Shown here: positions 1 through 9,844 of the stretch, one piece after another | How positions within the stretch are numbered: the stretch's first letter is position 1 | How the letters are laid out: each line of letters starts with the position of its first letter | NCBI GenBank assembly: GCA_016208765.1 | Contig: JACQXK010000065.1 | Coordinates: 962 to 64,961, forward strand | Direction: 5' to 3' | DNA length: 64,000 bases | Origin: Candidatus Omnitrophota bacterium | GTDB lineage: Bacteria; Omnitrophota; Gorgyraeia; Gygaellales; Profunditerraquicolaceae | Program-made: the position numbers and the translations under genes | Notes under the pieces: model-generated | Told to the model about the DNA's origin: nothing | Seen by the model: only the letters and a program-made list of their open reading frames with translations | Databases searched by the model: none

Positions 1-308
1 ATAATCATTGGGATAATTTTGATTGGGAAAGAGATATTAAAAATGAAAACTTTCTCGTTTTTTATATTGATTTCACTATTGGTTGCTAGTTTATGTGAGA
101 AATTAATATTAATTACTATAATTTCCAATAAATCCTACTATCCGTTTCCTTTGCTGGGAAATTTCATTGGGATTTTTATTGATTTGTTTTTCATAATTTA
201 TCTATTGTATTTTACGGGAGAATTTCTAGGATATAATACGAGAGAATAAGGGATTTCTCAAACAATAAGGACCGTTTCCTTCTATCCATTTAACAGAGTA
301 AAAGTTAT

Positions 309-319
309 GGGGGGGGGGG
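309..319. repeat. homopolymeric G11 tract, about 90 bp upstream of the DUF360 membrane protein start
   Basis: Direct reading: ...gttatgg ggggggggg taatt... Eleven consecutive G in a roughly 36% GC context. Confidence 0.9.
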
Positions 320-406
320 TAATTACGGGGACACAATACTTAATCCTCCTAATTGAAATGTCCCGTAATCCAAGTTATCATACAACTTATTCAAAAAGGA
401 GCCCGA

Positions 407-751
407 ATGACAAATTTCTTAGTAAGGTGGGGAATAAATGCGATGTCAATTTTTGTTGTTGCCCACATTGTAAGAGGTATAGAGGTCTCAAGCACCCTGA
501 CTGTGCTGGTGATTGCTCTTGTGCTGGGGGTTATTAATGCTTTCTTGAGGCCGATAATTATTCTTGTTACTCTTCCAATCAATATCCTAACCTTAGGGAT
601 GTTCACTCTTTTTATAAACGGAGCCCTTTTTTATCTTGTATCTAAAATTGTTAAGGGTTTTGTGATCACAGGTTTCTGGCCGGCATTCTGGGGCTACATA
701 CTTTTTAGCATTATCAGCTTTTTATTGAATCTCTTGGTCAATTCTGTTTAG
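407..751 (+). CDS. DUF360/YvlD-type 4-TM membrane protein (phage holin superfamily IV-like)
   Basis: ORF 353..751, trimmed to the ATG at 407 preceded by AAAAGGAG. Translation carries LGVINAFLRPIIILVTLPINILTLGMFTLFINGALFYLVSKIV...GFWPAFWGYILFSIISFLLNLL, typical of the YvlD/DUF360 family. Confidence 0.6.
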   Translation: MTNFLVRWGINAMSIFVVAHIVRGIEVSSTLTVLVIALVLGVINAFLRPIIILVTLPINILTLGMFTLFINGALFYLVSKIVKGFVITGFWPAFWGYILFSIISFLLNLLVNSV

Positions 752-875
752 CTGCTCAAAATAGTGGCTGCCTACTTTTTCACATCTACGTTGGAGGAAG
801 TACTTTTCATTTTGACATAGGTTTATTGATTTTCCTATTGACATAATTTCATTACTCAATTAGTATAATGCCGTA

Positions 876-2264
876 ATGCCTATTGAGAGAATAATTTGCA
901 TGATTTCCAGAGGACGAATCCTTAAGAAAAAGGGCTTCGTCCTATTTTTTTGTCTGCTGAGTTTCATGGCAGTATCTGTTCCTTCCTACGCAGTTTCTCC
1001 TGAAAATAATTCCTTGCTTGGTTCATGGTTAGCCCAAAAGGCCATGACAGGCGAATGGGGTGGCGCGCGAAACAAGCTTGCGAATAAAGGGGTTGATCTC
1101 TCTGCAAACTACACTACGGATATCGTAGGGAATCCTGCCGGAGGCTTAAGAAAAGGGGTAAATTACGCCGGTTTCCTGCAAGCCTCAGCAGCAATTGATT
1201 TTAATAAACTTGCTTCCTTGGCTGGTTGGGCCCTGACCGTAAGCAATTATCTTGCTTCTGGAAGAAATCTCTCCAATGAGATCGGTAATTTCTTCGGGCC
1301 ACAACAGATCTATGTTCCGGGAGATTATTATTTTGGGCAACTTGACCTTTCCTATACTTTCCCGGGTGATAAATTAATATTAGAAGGGGGCCGCCTTTTT
1401 GCCGGAGACGTTTTTGCCACTTTAGGCCTGTGGCAATACTATGTGAGCGGAGGCATTAACGGTAATCTAGTATCTATTTCCACTAACACCTTTTTTCCGA
1501 ACTTTCAGATCGCTACCTGGGGCGTGCGCGCCACTTATGAGCCGGACAAACATTGGAAGTTTTCTGCTGCCGCATATAATGCCAATCCTAAAGTAGCAGA
1601 TACTTTCAGGCACGGGCTTGATTTTAATTTCAGCACGGACCATGGCTGTTTGGGCATCACCCAGCTTACTTATAAACATCATCAGGAGAGAAACAGCGGC
1701 CTGCCGGGAAGCGCTACTCTTGGAGGCTATTATAATAGCGACACCTTCGCGGGTGTGGCAGAACCAACAAGGAAATGGAGCGGAAATTACGGTGTTTATT
1801 TTATAATTGACCAGATGATCTTTCGCGGGGAATGGCCTTCATTTTCAGGGCCGGCGCATTTAAGTTCTGAAGCCCGTTATTCAGAAAAAGTTAAACATGC
1901 TTATTACCGCCAGGTTGTTTCGCCTGTTGACCGGCCGGTAGGATTGTCTGTCTGGAGCGCAGTATATGCTGCTCCGCAGGAAAAAATTAACACTGAAGTC
2001 TACCAGTTTGCCGGAGGGCTGGTGTATCAGGGGATGTTTCCTAACCGCGACCGTGATGTTACAGCCTTCTGCGTTCTATACGGCAGGTTCAGCGATAAAT
2101 TACTCGGGCAGGAAGCAGAGACCGTGCTTGAGTTTAACCATCGTTTTCAGGTCGGGCAATGGTGCTACATCACTCCGGACTTCCAGTATATTTTTAATCT
2201 CAACGGACAGCATAATATTGATAACGCCGTAGTCTTAGGCGTGGAAGCCAGTTTTAATTTTTAG
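876..2264 (+). CDS. OprB-family carbohydrate-selective outer-membrane porin
   Basis: 462 aa ORF. N-terminal signal peptide (FVLFFCLLSFMAVSVPSYA), then an OprB-like GEWGGARNKLANKGVDLSANYTTDIVGNPAGG motif and a beta-rich, aromatic C-terminus ending ...EASFNF. The true start may be the ATG at 900. A TATAAT at 864-869 sits immediately upstream. Confidence 0.7.
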   Translation: MPIERIICMISRGRILKKKGFVLFFCLLSFMAVSVPSYAVSPENNSLLGSWLAQKAMTGEWGGARNKLANKGVDLSANYTTDIVGNPAGGLRKGVNYAGFLQASAAIDFNKLASLAGWALTVSNYLASGRNLSNEIGNFFGPQQIYVPGDYYFGQLDLSYTFPGDKLILEGGRLFAGDVFATLGLWQYYVSGGINGNLVSISTNTFFPNFQIATWGVRATYEPDKHWKFSAAAYNANPKVADTFRHGLDFNFSTDHGCLGITQLTYKHHQERNSGLPGSATLGGYYNSDTFAGVAEPTRKWSGNYGVYFIIDQMIFRGEWPSFSGPAHLSSEARYSEKVKHAYYRQVVSPVDRPVGLSVWSAVYAAPQEKINTEVYQFAGGLVYQGMFPNRDRDVTAFCVLYGRFSDKLLGQEAETVLEFNHRFQVGQWCYITPDFQYIFNLNGQHNIDNAVVLGVEASFNF

Positions 2265-2280
2265 AAAGGGGCAATAGCAA

Positions 2281-3792
2281 ATGAGAATAAAGCAGGCAAT
2301 ATTAATTTGTTTATCGGGGATTTTTGTCTTACTTTCCCTGATTTCATGCAAGAAGGCTCCTCCGTCGGTGGATATCAGCGCACCACTCTTGACTAACAAT
2401 CCTACCTGGGACATCGTCGCCACCAACAGGCAGCCCTTACTGACATTCTTTAACTCCAGGGGAGGCGTCGGAAAGCGAACCTATATAATCCAGCTTGATA
2501 CAAACGAAAACTTCAGCAGCCAGAACCTTATTCAATATAAAGACATTCCGGAAACCGACTTCTATACCACGCAAAAATTGGTTGAGGCGGACAATCCTCT
2601 TTTGGATGATGTCAGGTACTATTGGAGGGTGCGGGCAGTGGATTCCGTCGGGAATATCGGGCCTTGGGCAAAGTCGCGTTTTTTTGTGGATACTTCCTCG
2701 GATGACGCGTTTATGAATATGGTGAGGGTCCCGGTAAAAAATGTTGAGGTTTCAGGAGGGTCCAATCTTAAGAATATTACTGATATAGATGACCCCGGAC
2801 AGGTAAGTTTCTGGCAATCAACTCCTCCGGGTGAGCCTACCCAATGGGTCAAGTTTGAATTGGAGGATGAGGTAACTATTGCCAGGATCTGGATGCTTTC
2901 TAATACCGACGGTTCAGGGGATGGCTGGCTCAAGGATTTTGTTTGGCAGTTGAGTGCAGACGGGCAGAATTGGGATGACATTGATGGATCAGAAGTAGCG
3001 GACAATGATACTTACAGGAATATAATTGATATTGCTCCGGTTAGTGCGCGGTATCTCAGGTTATTGATCAAGAGTTGGCGTGGTTATGCCCCTCAGATAA
3101 ACGCAATTATTCTTTATTCTCCGGGTATGCCGCCGGTTCCCCAGCCGCCTGAAGGAAATTATGTTTTGATCGTGGGTAACCAGATGAACGGTTTTACATT
3201 CACTGACCTTGCTAAAAAAGTTGAGAGCCTTGGTCTTGGGCTTAAGACCCTGGTGGTGCCTAATCACGAAGTAAGCCTTGCCATGCTTGAAGCGCTCAGT
3301 AATAAACCTGTGGCGATTATTTTAAGCGGTAATAACGCGGATTATCCTAATATGCCAATGTTTGAGTTAAATGGAGAGTATGAAATTATCAGGCAAACCG
3401 ATATACCTATATTAGGTATTTGTTGCGGACATCAGCAGCTGGCCATGGCTTACGGATTTACTTATGCCAGAAGTATGGGCTGGTCTGATATCTCTAGTAT
3501 GGAAAAGCCAAAGGTGCGACAGGAGATAAAGATTGTCAGGAAGGATCCGGTATTCAATGGCATGCCTGATCCATTTGTCGCGGCAGAAGTTCACGGATGG
3601 GCCATAGGGTATTTGCCCGAAAGGTTTGAGGTCATTGCCCAATCCGATTATATACAATCGGTAAAGGATAAATCTCGGTTAATTTACGGTGAGCAGTTTC
3701 ACGCCGAAATACAGGTTTCCTATAATCAGGGCGGCCCGTATCTGGTTAATTTCTTAAAGATGGTTTTAGAAAGACAGGCAAAAGGAGGTTAA
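2281..3792 (+). CDS. lipoprotein with FN3-like and F5/8 type C (discoidin)-like domains fused to a C-terminal class I glutamine amidotransferase-like domain
   Basis: Lipobox LLSLISC. The discoidin-like region ends in ARYLRLL. The C-terminal region has [16 protein letters not shown] (nucleophile elbow G-x-C-x-G) and GEQFHAEIQ (His-Glu), as in GATase1/GuaA-type amidotransferases. Confidence 0.6.
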   Translation: MRIKQAILICLSGIFVLLSLISCKKAPPSVDISAPLLTNNPTWDIVATNRQPLLTFFNSRGGVGKRTYIIQLDTNENFSSQNLIQYKDIPETDFYTTQKLVEADNPLLDDVRYYWRVRAVDSVGNIGPWAKSRFFVDTSSDDAFMNMVRVPVKNVEVSGGSNLKNITDIDDPGQVSFWQSTPPGEPTQWVKFELEDEVTIARIWMLSNTDGSGDGWLKDFVWQLSADGQNWDDIDGSEVADNDTYRNIIDIAPVSARYLRLLIKSWRGYAPQINAIILYSPGMPPVPQPPEGNYVLIVGNQMNGFTFTDLAKKVESLGLGLKTLVVPNHEVSLAMLEALSNKPVAIILSGNNADYPNMPMFELNGEYEIIRQTDIPILGICCGHQQLAMAYGFTYARSMGWSDISSMEKPKVRQEIKIVRKDPVFNGMPDPFVAAEVHGWAIGYLPERFEVIAQSDYIQSVKDKSRLIYGEQFHAEIQVSYNQGGPYLVNFLKMVLERQAKGG

Positions 3793-3797
3793 GGATT

Positions 3798-5204
3798 ATG
3801 TTGCATTCCCGTAGGAAACCCCATGTAATCAAAGAAAATAAAGAACTTTTGGATCCGGTTTACGGCTCGGCTGACCTGGGACGTGTGTTGCCAAAATACA
3901 AAATGCCGCAGAAAGAAATGTCCGCGCAGGCCGCCTACCGGGTGGTGCATGACGAATTGATGCTTGACGGAAATTCCCGGCAGAACCTGGCAACATTTTG
4001 CACCACTTGGGTTGAGCCGGAGGCCCAGCAGTTGATGTCCGAATGCGTGGACAAAAACATGATAGATAAGGACGAGTATCCGCAGACAGCCGAGATAGAA
4101 TGTCGTTGTGTGCATATGCTGGCTGATTTGTGGCATTCGCCGGAGGCAGAAGATACCATCGGTTGTTCCACTACGGGATCAAGCGAAGCTGCGATGCTCG
4201 GCGGCCTGGCAATGAAATGGGCCTGGCGCAAGAGAATGGCGGCACAGGGCAAAAGCACGGAAAAGCCTAACCTGGTTACCGGGCCGGTGCAGATATGTTG
4301 GCATAAATTCTGCCGTTATTGGGACGTGGAAATGCGTGAGATCCCGATGGAAGGCGGCCGTCTTTTGATGGATGGTGATGTAGCCGTAAAATACTGCGAC
4401 GAGAATACTATCGGGGTAGTGCCGACTTTGGGAGTTACTTTTACCGGCCAATACGAGCCGGTCAAAGAGATAGCTGAGGCCTTGGATAAGTTTCAGAAGA
4501 ATACAGGGCTGGATATTCCTATTCATGTTGATGGAGCAAGCGGCGGGTTTCTGGCGCCTTTTCTTTCACCAGAATTAGAATGGGACTTTCGTCTTAAACG
4601 AGTGAGATCCATCAACGCCTCGGGGCATAAATTCGGCTTGGCGCCTTTGGGTGTCGGCTGGGTGGTTTGGAGAGACAAAGCAGACCTGCCTGAGGAACTT
4701 ATTTTTAATGTTAATTATCTGGGCGGAAATATGCCCACTTTTGCTCTGAATTTTTCGCGGCCGGGTGGTGAGATCATCGCGCAGTATTATAATTTTCTGC
4801 GCCTGGGCAGAGAAGGTTATCAAAAGATACAGAAAGCCTGCCAGAATGTGGCAATTTATTTAGCCGAAGAGATTACCAAGATGGGGCCGTTTGAGATTAT
4901 TTATAACGGCAAGGACGGGATACCCGCTCTTTGCTGGAAGCTTAAAGATGGCGCTCAGCCGGGGTTTACCTTGTTTGATATGGCTGACCGACTGCGTACT
5001 TACGGATGGCTGGTTCCGGCATATACCATGCCGCCTAAGAGGGAGGATTTGGCTGTGCAGAGAATACTGGTGCGTAGAGGATTTAGCCGCGATCTGGCTT
5101 CACTCTTATTGGATGATATGCGCCGTTGCCTTGATTACTTTACCAAGCATCCGTCGGCAAAGCCTTTGACGGAGAAAGAAGCCGGAGGCTTTAAACATAG
5201 TTAA
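3798..5204 (+). CDS. gadB: glutamate decarboxylase (PLP-dependent)
   Basis: 468 aa. The N-terminus and core strongly resemble GadA/GadB: ...[21 protein letters not shown]...[25 protein letters not shown]... and [18 protein letters not shown] with the PLP lysine. Local GC is clearly higher than the flanks. Confidence 0.85.
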   Translation: MLHSRRKPHVIKENKELLDPVYGSADLGRVLPKYKMPQKEMSAQAAYRVVHDELMLDGNSRQNLATFCTTWVEPEAQQLMSECVDKNMIDKDEYPQTAEIECRCVHMLADLWHSPEAEDTIGCSTTGSSEAAMLGGLAMKWAWRKRMAAQGKSTEKPNLVTGPVQICWHKFCRYWDVEMREIPMEGGRLLMDGDVAVKYCDENTIGVVPTLGVTFTGQYEPVKEIAEALDKFQKNTGLDIPIHVDGASGGFLAPFLSPELEWDFRLKRVRSINASGHKFGLAPLGVGWVVWRDKADLPEELIFNVNYLGGNMPTFALNFSRPGGEIIAQYYNFLRLGREGYQKIQKACQNVAIYLAEEITKMGPFEIIYNGKDGIPALCWKLKDGAQPGFTLFDMADRLRTYGWLVPAYTMPPKREDLAVQRILVRRGFSRDLASLLLDDMRRCLDYFTKHPSAKPLTEKEAGGFKHS

Positions 5205-5250
5205 ACCCGGAAATCTATTGCAAAATCCGGGTTAAACGGAGGCTTAAATT

Positions 5251-6690
5251 ATGACAAAAACAAAAGTGGCTTCAATGAGTATTTTCGCTATGGCGATGAT
5301 GACTTCGGCTGCAATTATGAGCCTGCGCGGGCTACCGATGATCGCAAAAGAAGAATTCACCTTATTTTTCTATATCGGTTTTGCCACAATAATGTTTTTG
5401 ATTCCTGCTGCGCTTGTGGCGGCTGAACTTGGCGGCATGTTCGGCGAAGAGGAGGGTGGTGTATATACCTGGGTCAAGGAGGCATTTGGAAAACGCTGTG
5501 GGTTTGTGGCTATCTGGCTGCAGTGGGTGCAAAATGTTGTCTGGTATCCTACGCCACTTGCTTTTGCCGCGGCAACCTTTGCCTATGTTATCGGAGCAGG
5601 GAACCTTGCTTCTAATGGTATTTTTACGGGATTGTTTTGTATTATTTTTTATTGGGCGGCAACCTGGATTTCAGTGCGCGATTCAAGCTCAATCACTAAG
5701 ATCACAAGTTACGGTTTTTTGACCGGGTCAATTTTTCCTGCTTTGGTATTGGTGGTGTTGGCGGTTATCTGGTGGCTGCAAGGGCATCCTTTGGGATTTG
5801 CGAATTTGCCTGCCTCGCAGGGAGCGCTTGATGCGGTAATAAATAATCACGTGCATCCGCGGATATTCCCGCATATCAGCGGATTAGGGGATATTGCTTT
5901 TTTGTCAGGCGTGATTCTGCTTTTTGCAGGCGTTGAGGTGCATGCGGTTCATGCCAATCGGATGCCTAAACCACAGATACAGTATCCCATTGCGCTGTTG
6001 TTTACTTCCTTGATTGTTTTTGGTATTTTTACTCTGGGTGCTTTTTCCATATCCGCTATCATGCCGTATGCTGCAATCAATGTTGAATCAGGGCTTATTC
6101 AGGCTTTTGAGATGGCGTTTGCGCAATTTAATCTTTCATGGTGCGTGCCGATAATAGGGATCCTGATTATGTTCGGAGCCTTGGCAAGCGTAACCTCGTG
6201 GATCGTCGGCCCCAGCCGCGGCCTTTTGCAGACTGCTAAGGATCAACTCCTGCCTGGGTTCATGGCCAAGACCAACCAGCAGGGCATACAGGTTAACATT
6301 CTTATTGTTCAGGCGGTTATCGTTACTTTGCTTTCTTGCGTATATTTTATTTTTAAAAATGTAAGCGTGGCGTTTTTTCTTATCGGCGCAATGACGATTA
6401 CTTTATATCTTTTAATGTACGTGTTTATGTATGCCGCCGGTATTCGCCTGCGTTATACCCGGCCGGATATGCCCAGAAGGTTCCGGGTTCCCGGAGGCTT
6501 GATAGGGATGTGGTGCATAGGGGTATTGGGTTTGTCCGGGGTTATTTTTTCTTTTATCGTGGCTTTCTTTCCTCCGGCGCAGCTTCCGGTGGGTAATCCT
6601 GCGATGTATGTAATCTTAGTAACCATCGGAACAGTAGTTTTTAGTATCGTTCCGTTTTTTATCAAGGGCGCCAAGAGTAGAGCAAAATAA
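5251..6690 (+). CDS. gadC: APC-family glutamate:GABA antiporter
   Basis: 479 aa polytopic membrane protein of amino-acid permease type. Immediately downstream of gadB, with an intercistronic hairpin (AACCCGGA...TCCGGGTT at 5206-5235) and RBS GGAGG. Confidence 0.75.
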   Translation: MTKTKVASMSIFAMAMMTSAAIMSLRGLPMIAKEEFTLFFYIGFATIMFLIPAALVAAELGGMFGEEEGGVYTWVKEAFGKRCGFVAIWLQWVQNVVWYPTPLAFAAATFAYVIGAGNLASNGIFTGLFCIIFYWAATWISVRDSSSITKITSYGFLTGSIFPALVLVVLAVIWWLQGHPLGFANLPASQGALDAVINNHVHPRIFPHISGLGDIAFLSGVILLFAGVEVHAVHANRMPKPQIQYPIALLFTSLIVFGIFTLGAFSISAIMPYAAINVESGLIQAFEMAFAQFNLSWCVPIIGILIMFGALASVTSWIVGPSRGLLQTAKDQLLPGFMAKTNQQGIQVNILIVQAVIVTLLSCVYFIFKNVSVAFFLIGAMTITLYLLMYVFMYAAGIRLRYTRPDMPRRFRVPGGLIGMWCIGVLGLSGVIFSFIVAFFPPAQLPVGNPAMYVILVTIGTVVFSIVPFFIKGAKSRAK

Positions 6691-6709
6691 TCTTATTTAT
6701 GCATTTTTA

Positions 6710-6737
6710 TTGACAAATTTATTGGAAATGCTATGCT
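6710..6737 (+). promoter_or_regulatory. candidate sigma70-type promoter for the merR-like/exeA genes (TTGACA, 16 bp spacer, TATGCT)
   Basis: Motif match by eye. Confidence 0.35.
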
Positions 6738-6751
6738 CTCTAATTAGAGAG
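6736..6751. promoter_or_regulatory. perfect 16-bp palindrome CTCTCTAATTAGAGAG, candidate operator
   Basis: Direct reading. Overlaps the -10 candidate and the GTG start of the MerR-like ORF. Confidence 0.5.
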
Positions 6752-6987
6752 TGAGGGCAGTAAGTATTTCTAATATCTACTTAATCAAAGACTTAGCTCG
6801 TATTAGCAACAACTCCATCCATACAGTAAAATACTACCTTAAAATTGGTTTAATCAAAGAAGCCGGCCGCAGCCCGGAAACTAATTATCGTTATTTTGAT
6901 GATTCAACAGTAGAGAAATTAAAATTTATCCGCAGTCGGCGTAAAGAAAAAAAATCCATCAAAGAGATCAGGCATGAGTTATTATAA
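6751..6987 (+). CDS. small MerR-family HTH transcriptional regulator
   Basis: 78 aa with a GTG start. IYLIKDLARISNNSIHTVKYYLKIGLI matches the MerR N-terminal HTH. Confidence 0.5.
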   Translation: MRAVSISNIYLIKDLARISNNSIHTVKYYLKIGLIKEAGRSPETNYRYFDDSTVEKLKFIRSRRKEKKSIKEIRHELL

Positions 6988-7792
6988 AGTATTAGGTTTA
7001 GAAAAAGAGCCATTTTCTACAAGCCCGGACCCTGAGTTTTTTTATCACTCAACCAGCCATTATGCCGCTCTTAACCGCCTTGAAATTGCTATCCGTCTGC
7101 GTCGGGGATTATGCCTTATTTTAGGAGATGTGGGAACAGGGAAAACCACGCTTTCCCGCGCGCTCTTGCAGGCATTTAAAGATGAAGACAATTTTATTTT
7201 TCATATGATACTTGATCCCAGCCACAAAACGGAATATCAGTTTTTGCAGGGGCTGGTTAAAATGTTCGGGATTGATACTTCTTTCAATTCTACTATTGAT
7301 TTTAAGGAGGCCCTGGAAAAATATCTTTTTCAAAAAGGCGTTGAAGAAAAGAAAAATATTGTTTTATTGATTGATGAAGGGCAGAAAATCAATCTTGAAA
7401 ACCTGGAAGTTTTAAGGACGCTTTTAAATTTTGAAACCAATGAATATAAATTGCTCCAAGTTGTGATTATGGCTCAGATGGAACTTATTCCTCGCATAAA
7501 AAAAGTGCGCAACTTTCTTGACAGGGTGGTTTTAAAATATACAATTAATCCTCTGGATGAAAAGGAAACGCGCGAGCTGATTGATTTTCGTCTGCATCAA
7601 GCCGGGTATAGCGGGCATAAAAATTTATTTAACGATGATGCGGTCAGGTTGATTTATCAGCAATCTAAAGGTTATCCCCGCAGGATCTGCATGCTTTGCC
7701 ATGACGCACTGGTAACTGCGGTAATGCAGAAGCGCTTGGTAATTGATGCCGATTTAATAATGGGGCTGATTTCTCAAGAGGTTGGTTTATGA
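6974..7792 (+). CDS. ExeA/GspA-like AAA ATPase (secretin/pilus assembly accessory factor)
   Basis: 272 aa. Walker A ILGDVGTGKTT and an AAA_22-like layout typical of ExeA/MshM. Confidence 0.7.
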   Translation: MSYYKVLGLEKEPFSTSPDPEFFYHSTSHYAALNRLEIAIRLRRGLCLILGDVGTGKTTLSRALLQAFKDEDNFIFHMILDPSHKTEYQFLQGLVKMFGIDTSFNSTIDFKEALEKYLFQKGVEEKKNIVLLIDEGQKINLENLEVLRTLLNFETNEYKLLQVVIMAQMELIPRIKKVRNFLDRVVLKYTINPLDEKETRELIDFRLHQAGYSGHKNLFNDDAVRLIYQQSKGYPRRICMLCHDALVTAVMQKRLVIDADLIMGLISQEVGL

Positions 7793-8412
7793 AAACCAAA
7801 AATTATTCATCTCCGGAAGAGCAGCTATTAAAGCTCATACGAGGCAACAAAAAAAACAACCATCCGCAGCAGAATGCCTGCGGAGTTATTAATAACCGGC
7901 ATGGGTGGAATACTAAAATTTACCGTAGTTTTTTTACCGCGAAATTAATTCCAAGTTTTAGTTTAAAGAAACTGGTTTTGGTTTTTCTTTTTTTGGCTTG
8001 TGTTTATTTACTAAGTTCTTTGGCCTATCCTTTTGTTTCGCTCGGCAGGTTAAAAGTACCGGTAGTAATGAAAGAGAATGTTGAATTAAGCCAAGTGCAG
8101 GACAAAGAAGAAAACAAGCCTTATGAGCATTATTTAAGTGCTATGCAGGGTAAGAAGATTTTTGTTTCTGCGGAGAACCTTGCTTCTGAGCGCGTGCAAA
8201 TTGCAACTGCAGGCAGTTTGGATATTAAAGATATAACCCTTACCGGGATTATTTCCGGAGATAATCCTCAGGCGGTAGTTGAGGACAAAAAGAATCAAAA
8301 AACATATTATTTCAATAAGGGCCAGTTGTTTGGAGATATTCAGGTTGAGGATATTCAGGAAGGTAAAATTATCTTAAAACAAAATAACCAGCTTTACGAA
8401 CTTTATTTATAA
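7789..8412 (+). CDS. bitopic membrane protein, possible ExeB/GspB-like partner of ExeA
   Basis: 207 aa with a single TM segment (LVLVFLFLACVYLLSSLAY). Start overlaps the exeA stop. Confidence 0.4.
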   Translation: MKTKNYSSPEEQLLKLIRGNKKNNHPQQNACGVINNRHGWNTKIYRSFFTAKLIPSFSLKKLVLVFLFLACVYLLSSLAYPFVSLGRLKVPVVMKENVELSQVQDKEENKPYEHYLSAMQGKKIFVSAENLASERVQIATAGSLDIKDITLTGIISGDNPQAVVEDKKNQKTYYFNKGQLFGDIQVEDIQEGKIILKQNNQLYELYL

Positions 8413-8413
8413 A

Positions 8414-9844
8414 ATGGAAAAATACGACTACGACGCAATAATTATTGGAGCAGGGATTGGCGGTTTGGTTTGTGGCTGTTATTTGGCAAAAGCCGGCCTC
8501 AAGACGCTGATTGTGGAGAAGAATTCCCAGCCCGGTGGTTACTGTACATCTTTTGCCCGTAGTGGTTTTAAGTTTGATGCTTGCGGGCATTCTTTGGGAA
8601 GCTTGCGAAATGGGGGAAATATCTCTAATATTCTTAGGGAGTTAAATTTACATAGGAAAATGAAATTTATTCGGCATGATCCACAAGATACTATTATTAC
8701 CTCCGAAGGGGATATTCATTTTTGGAACGATTTAAATAAAACGATGCGGGAATTTAAGGTAAAATTTCCCAAGGAAGCTTCTAATATTAAAAGGTTTTTT
8801 GCATTCTTAAATAATTGTGAGGGTTTTTCTTTTAATGAATTGCGCCACTGTACTTTTAAAGATTGGCTTGATAAATATTTTGAGGATACTAGATTAAAGT
8901 CTATTTTGTCTTTGCTTATTCTTGGGAATGTTGGGGCTCCTGCTTCCGAGGTTTCTGCTTTTACCGCAGTTACAGTGTATAAGGAATTTACTCTTGATGG
9001 CGGATACTATCCCTGCAAGAAATCAGTAGGAGATTTACCAAGATTATTAGCTGATAGATTTATGGAATTGGGAGGCAAAATCATATTTGATAGCTTAGTA
9101 AAAAAGATTAAGGTTATAAGTAAATGCGTCGAGGGTGTTTATTTAGATAATAAGCTTATTAGGGCAAGGTATGTTGTATCTAATGCTGATTGCCGTCAGA
9201 CTTTTTTAAAGCTTGTTAATAGTAAAATGCTCAATAAAACTTTTATTAGAAATCTTAAAAAAATGACACCTTCTTGTTCCATGTTTATTTTGTATCTTGG
9301 TTTAAAAGCGAATTTGTCTAATGAACTAAAGGAAGGAGTAACAAATTGGGTAATCAAGGATAGTTATTTTAAGGCGGCGTCCAAAAAAGCGAGGAAAAGC
9401 GATGTAAGATTTTCCTGGTATATGATACGTTTATTGAATGGTAAAAACAGCAGATTGGTGGCTTTTACAAATGCCCCTTTTAATAATGGTGATTACTGGA
9501 AGAGAAATAAGGATTTATGGATCAGTACTTTTATTAAAAACATTGAATTGTTGATTCCTGGGTTGTCGGATATGATTATTTTTAGAGATGCTGCTACTCC
9601 GCAAAGCTTATATAATCAAACGTTAAACTATCGTGGAGCTCGTTGTGGATGGGTGGCATCGCCGGAGCAGTTGATGGTTCCGGGGCTTACGCAAGCCTCT
9701 CCGATAAATAATTTGTATTTAACAGGTCACTGGACAACATTAAATGTTGGTATTCCTGGTTCTGCATATATGGGTAGAGATACAGCTGGAATAATTTCAA
9801 GAAAGGAAAATAAGCGAAGGATAAATGAATTCAAAGATAGCTAA
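8414..9844 (+). CDS. FAD-dependent oxidoreductase, phytoene desaturase (CrtI) family, paralogue 1
   Basis: N-terminal dinucleotide-binding motif YDAIIIGAGIGGLVCGCYLAKAGLKTLIVEKNSQPGGY and C-terminal LYLTGHWTT. Confidence 0.7.
   Translation: MEKYDYDAIIIGAGIGGLVCGCYLAKAGLKTLIVEKNSQPGGYCTSFARSGFKFDACGHSLGSLRNGGNISNILRELNLHRKMKFIRHDPQDTIITSEGDIHFWNDLNKTMREFKVKFPKEASNIKRFFAFLNNCEGFSFNELRHCTFKDWLDKYFEDTRLKSILSLLILGNVGAPASEVSAFTAVTVYKEFTLDGGYYPCKKSVGDLPRLLADRFMELGGKIIFDSLVKKIKVISKCVEGVYLDNKLIRARYVVSNADCRQTFLKLVNSKMLNKTFIRNLKKMTPSCSMFILYLGLKANLSNELKEGVTNWVIKDSYFKAASKKARKSDVRFSWYMIRLLNGKNSRLVAFTNAPFNNGDYWKRNKDLWISTFIKNIELLIPGLSDMIIFRDAATPQSLYNQTLNYRGARCGWVASPEQLMVPGLTQASPINNLYLTGHWTTLNVGIPGSAYMGRDTAGIISRKENKRRINEFKDS

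Noticed and set aside
19..249. 76-aa ORF at the window start (MIGKEILKMKTF...)
   Set aside because: Extremely AT-rich and low-complexity (runs of I/L/F), with no recognisable motif. Likely a chance ORF or the edge of something truncated.
307..537. 76-aa ORF beginning MGGGVITG, which contains the G11 tract
   Set aside because: It overlaps the better-supported DUF360 gene in another frame. The poly-G codons produce an implausible Gly run. Treated as non-coding.
864..878. Leaderless translation start of the porin at ATG 876, directly after TATAAT 864-869
   Set aside because: Possible, but the -35 spacing is poor (20 nt) and an in-frame ATG at 900 is an equally plausible start. Not resolvable from sequence alone.
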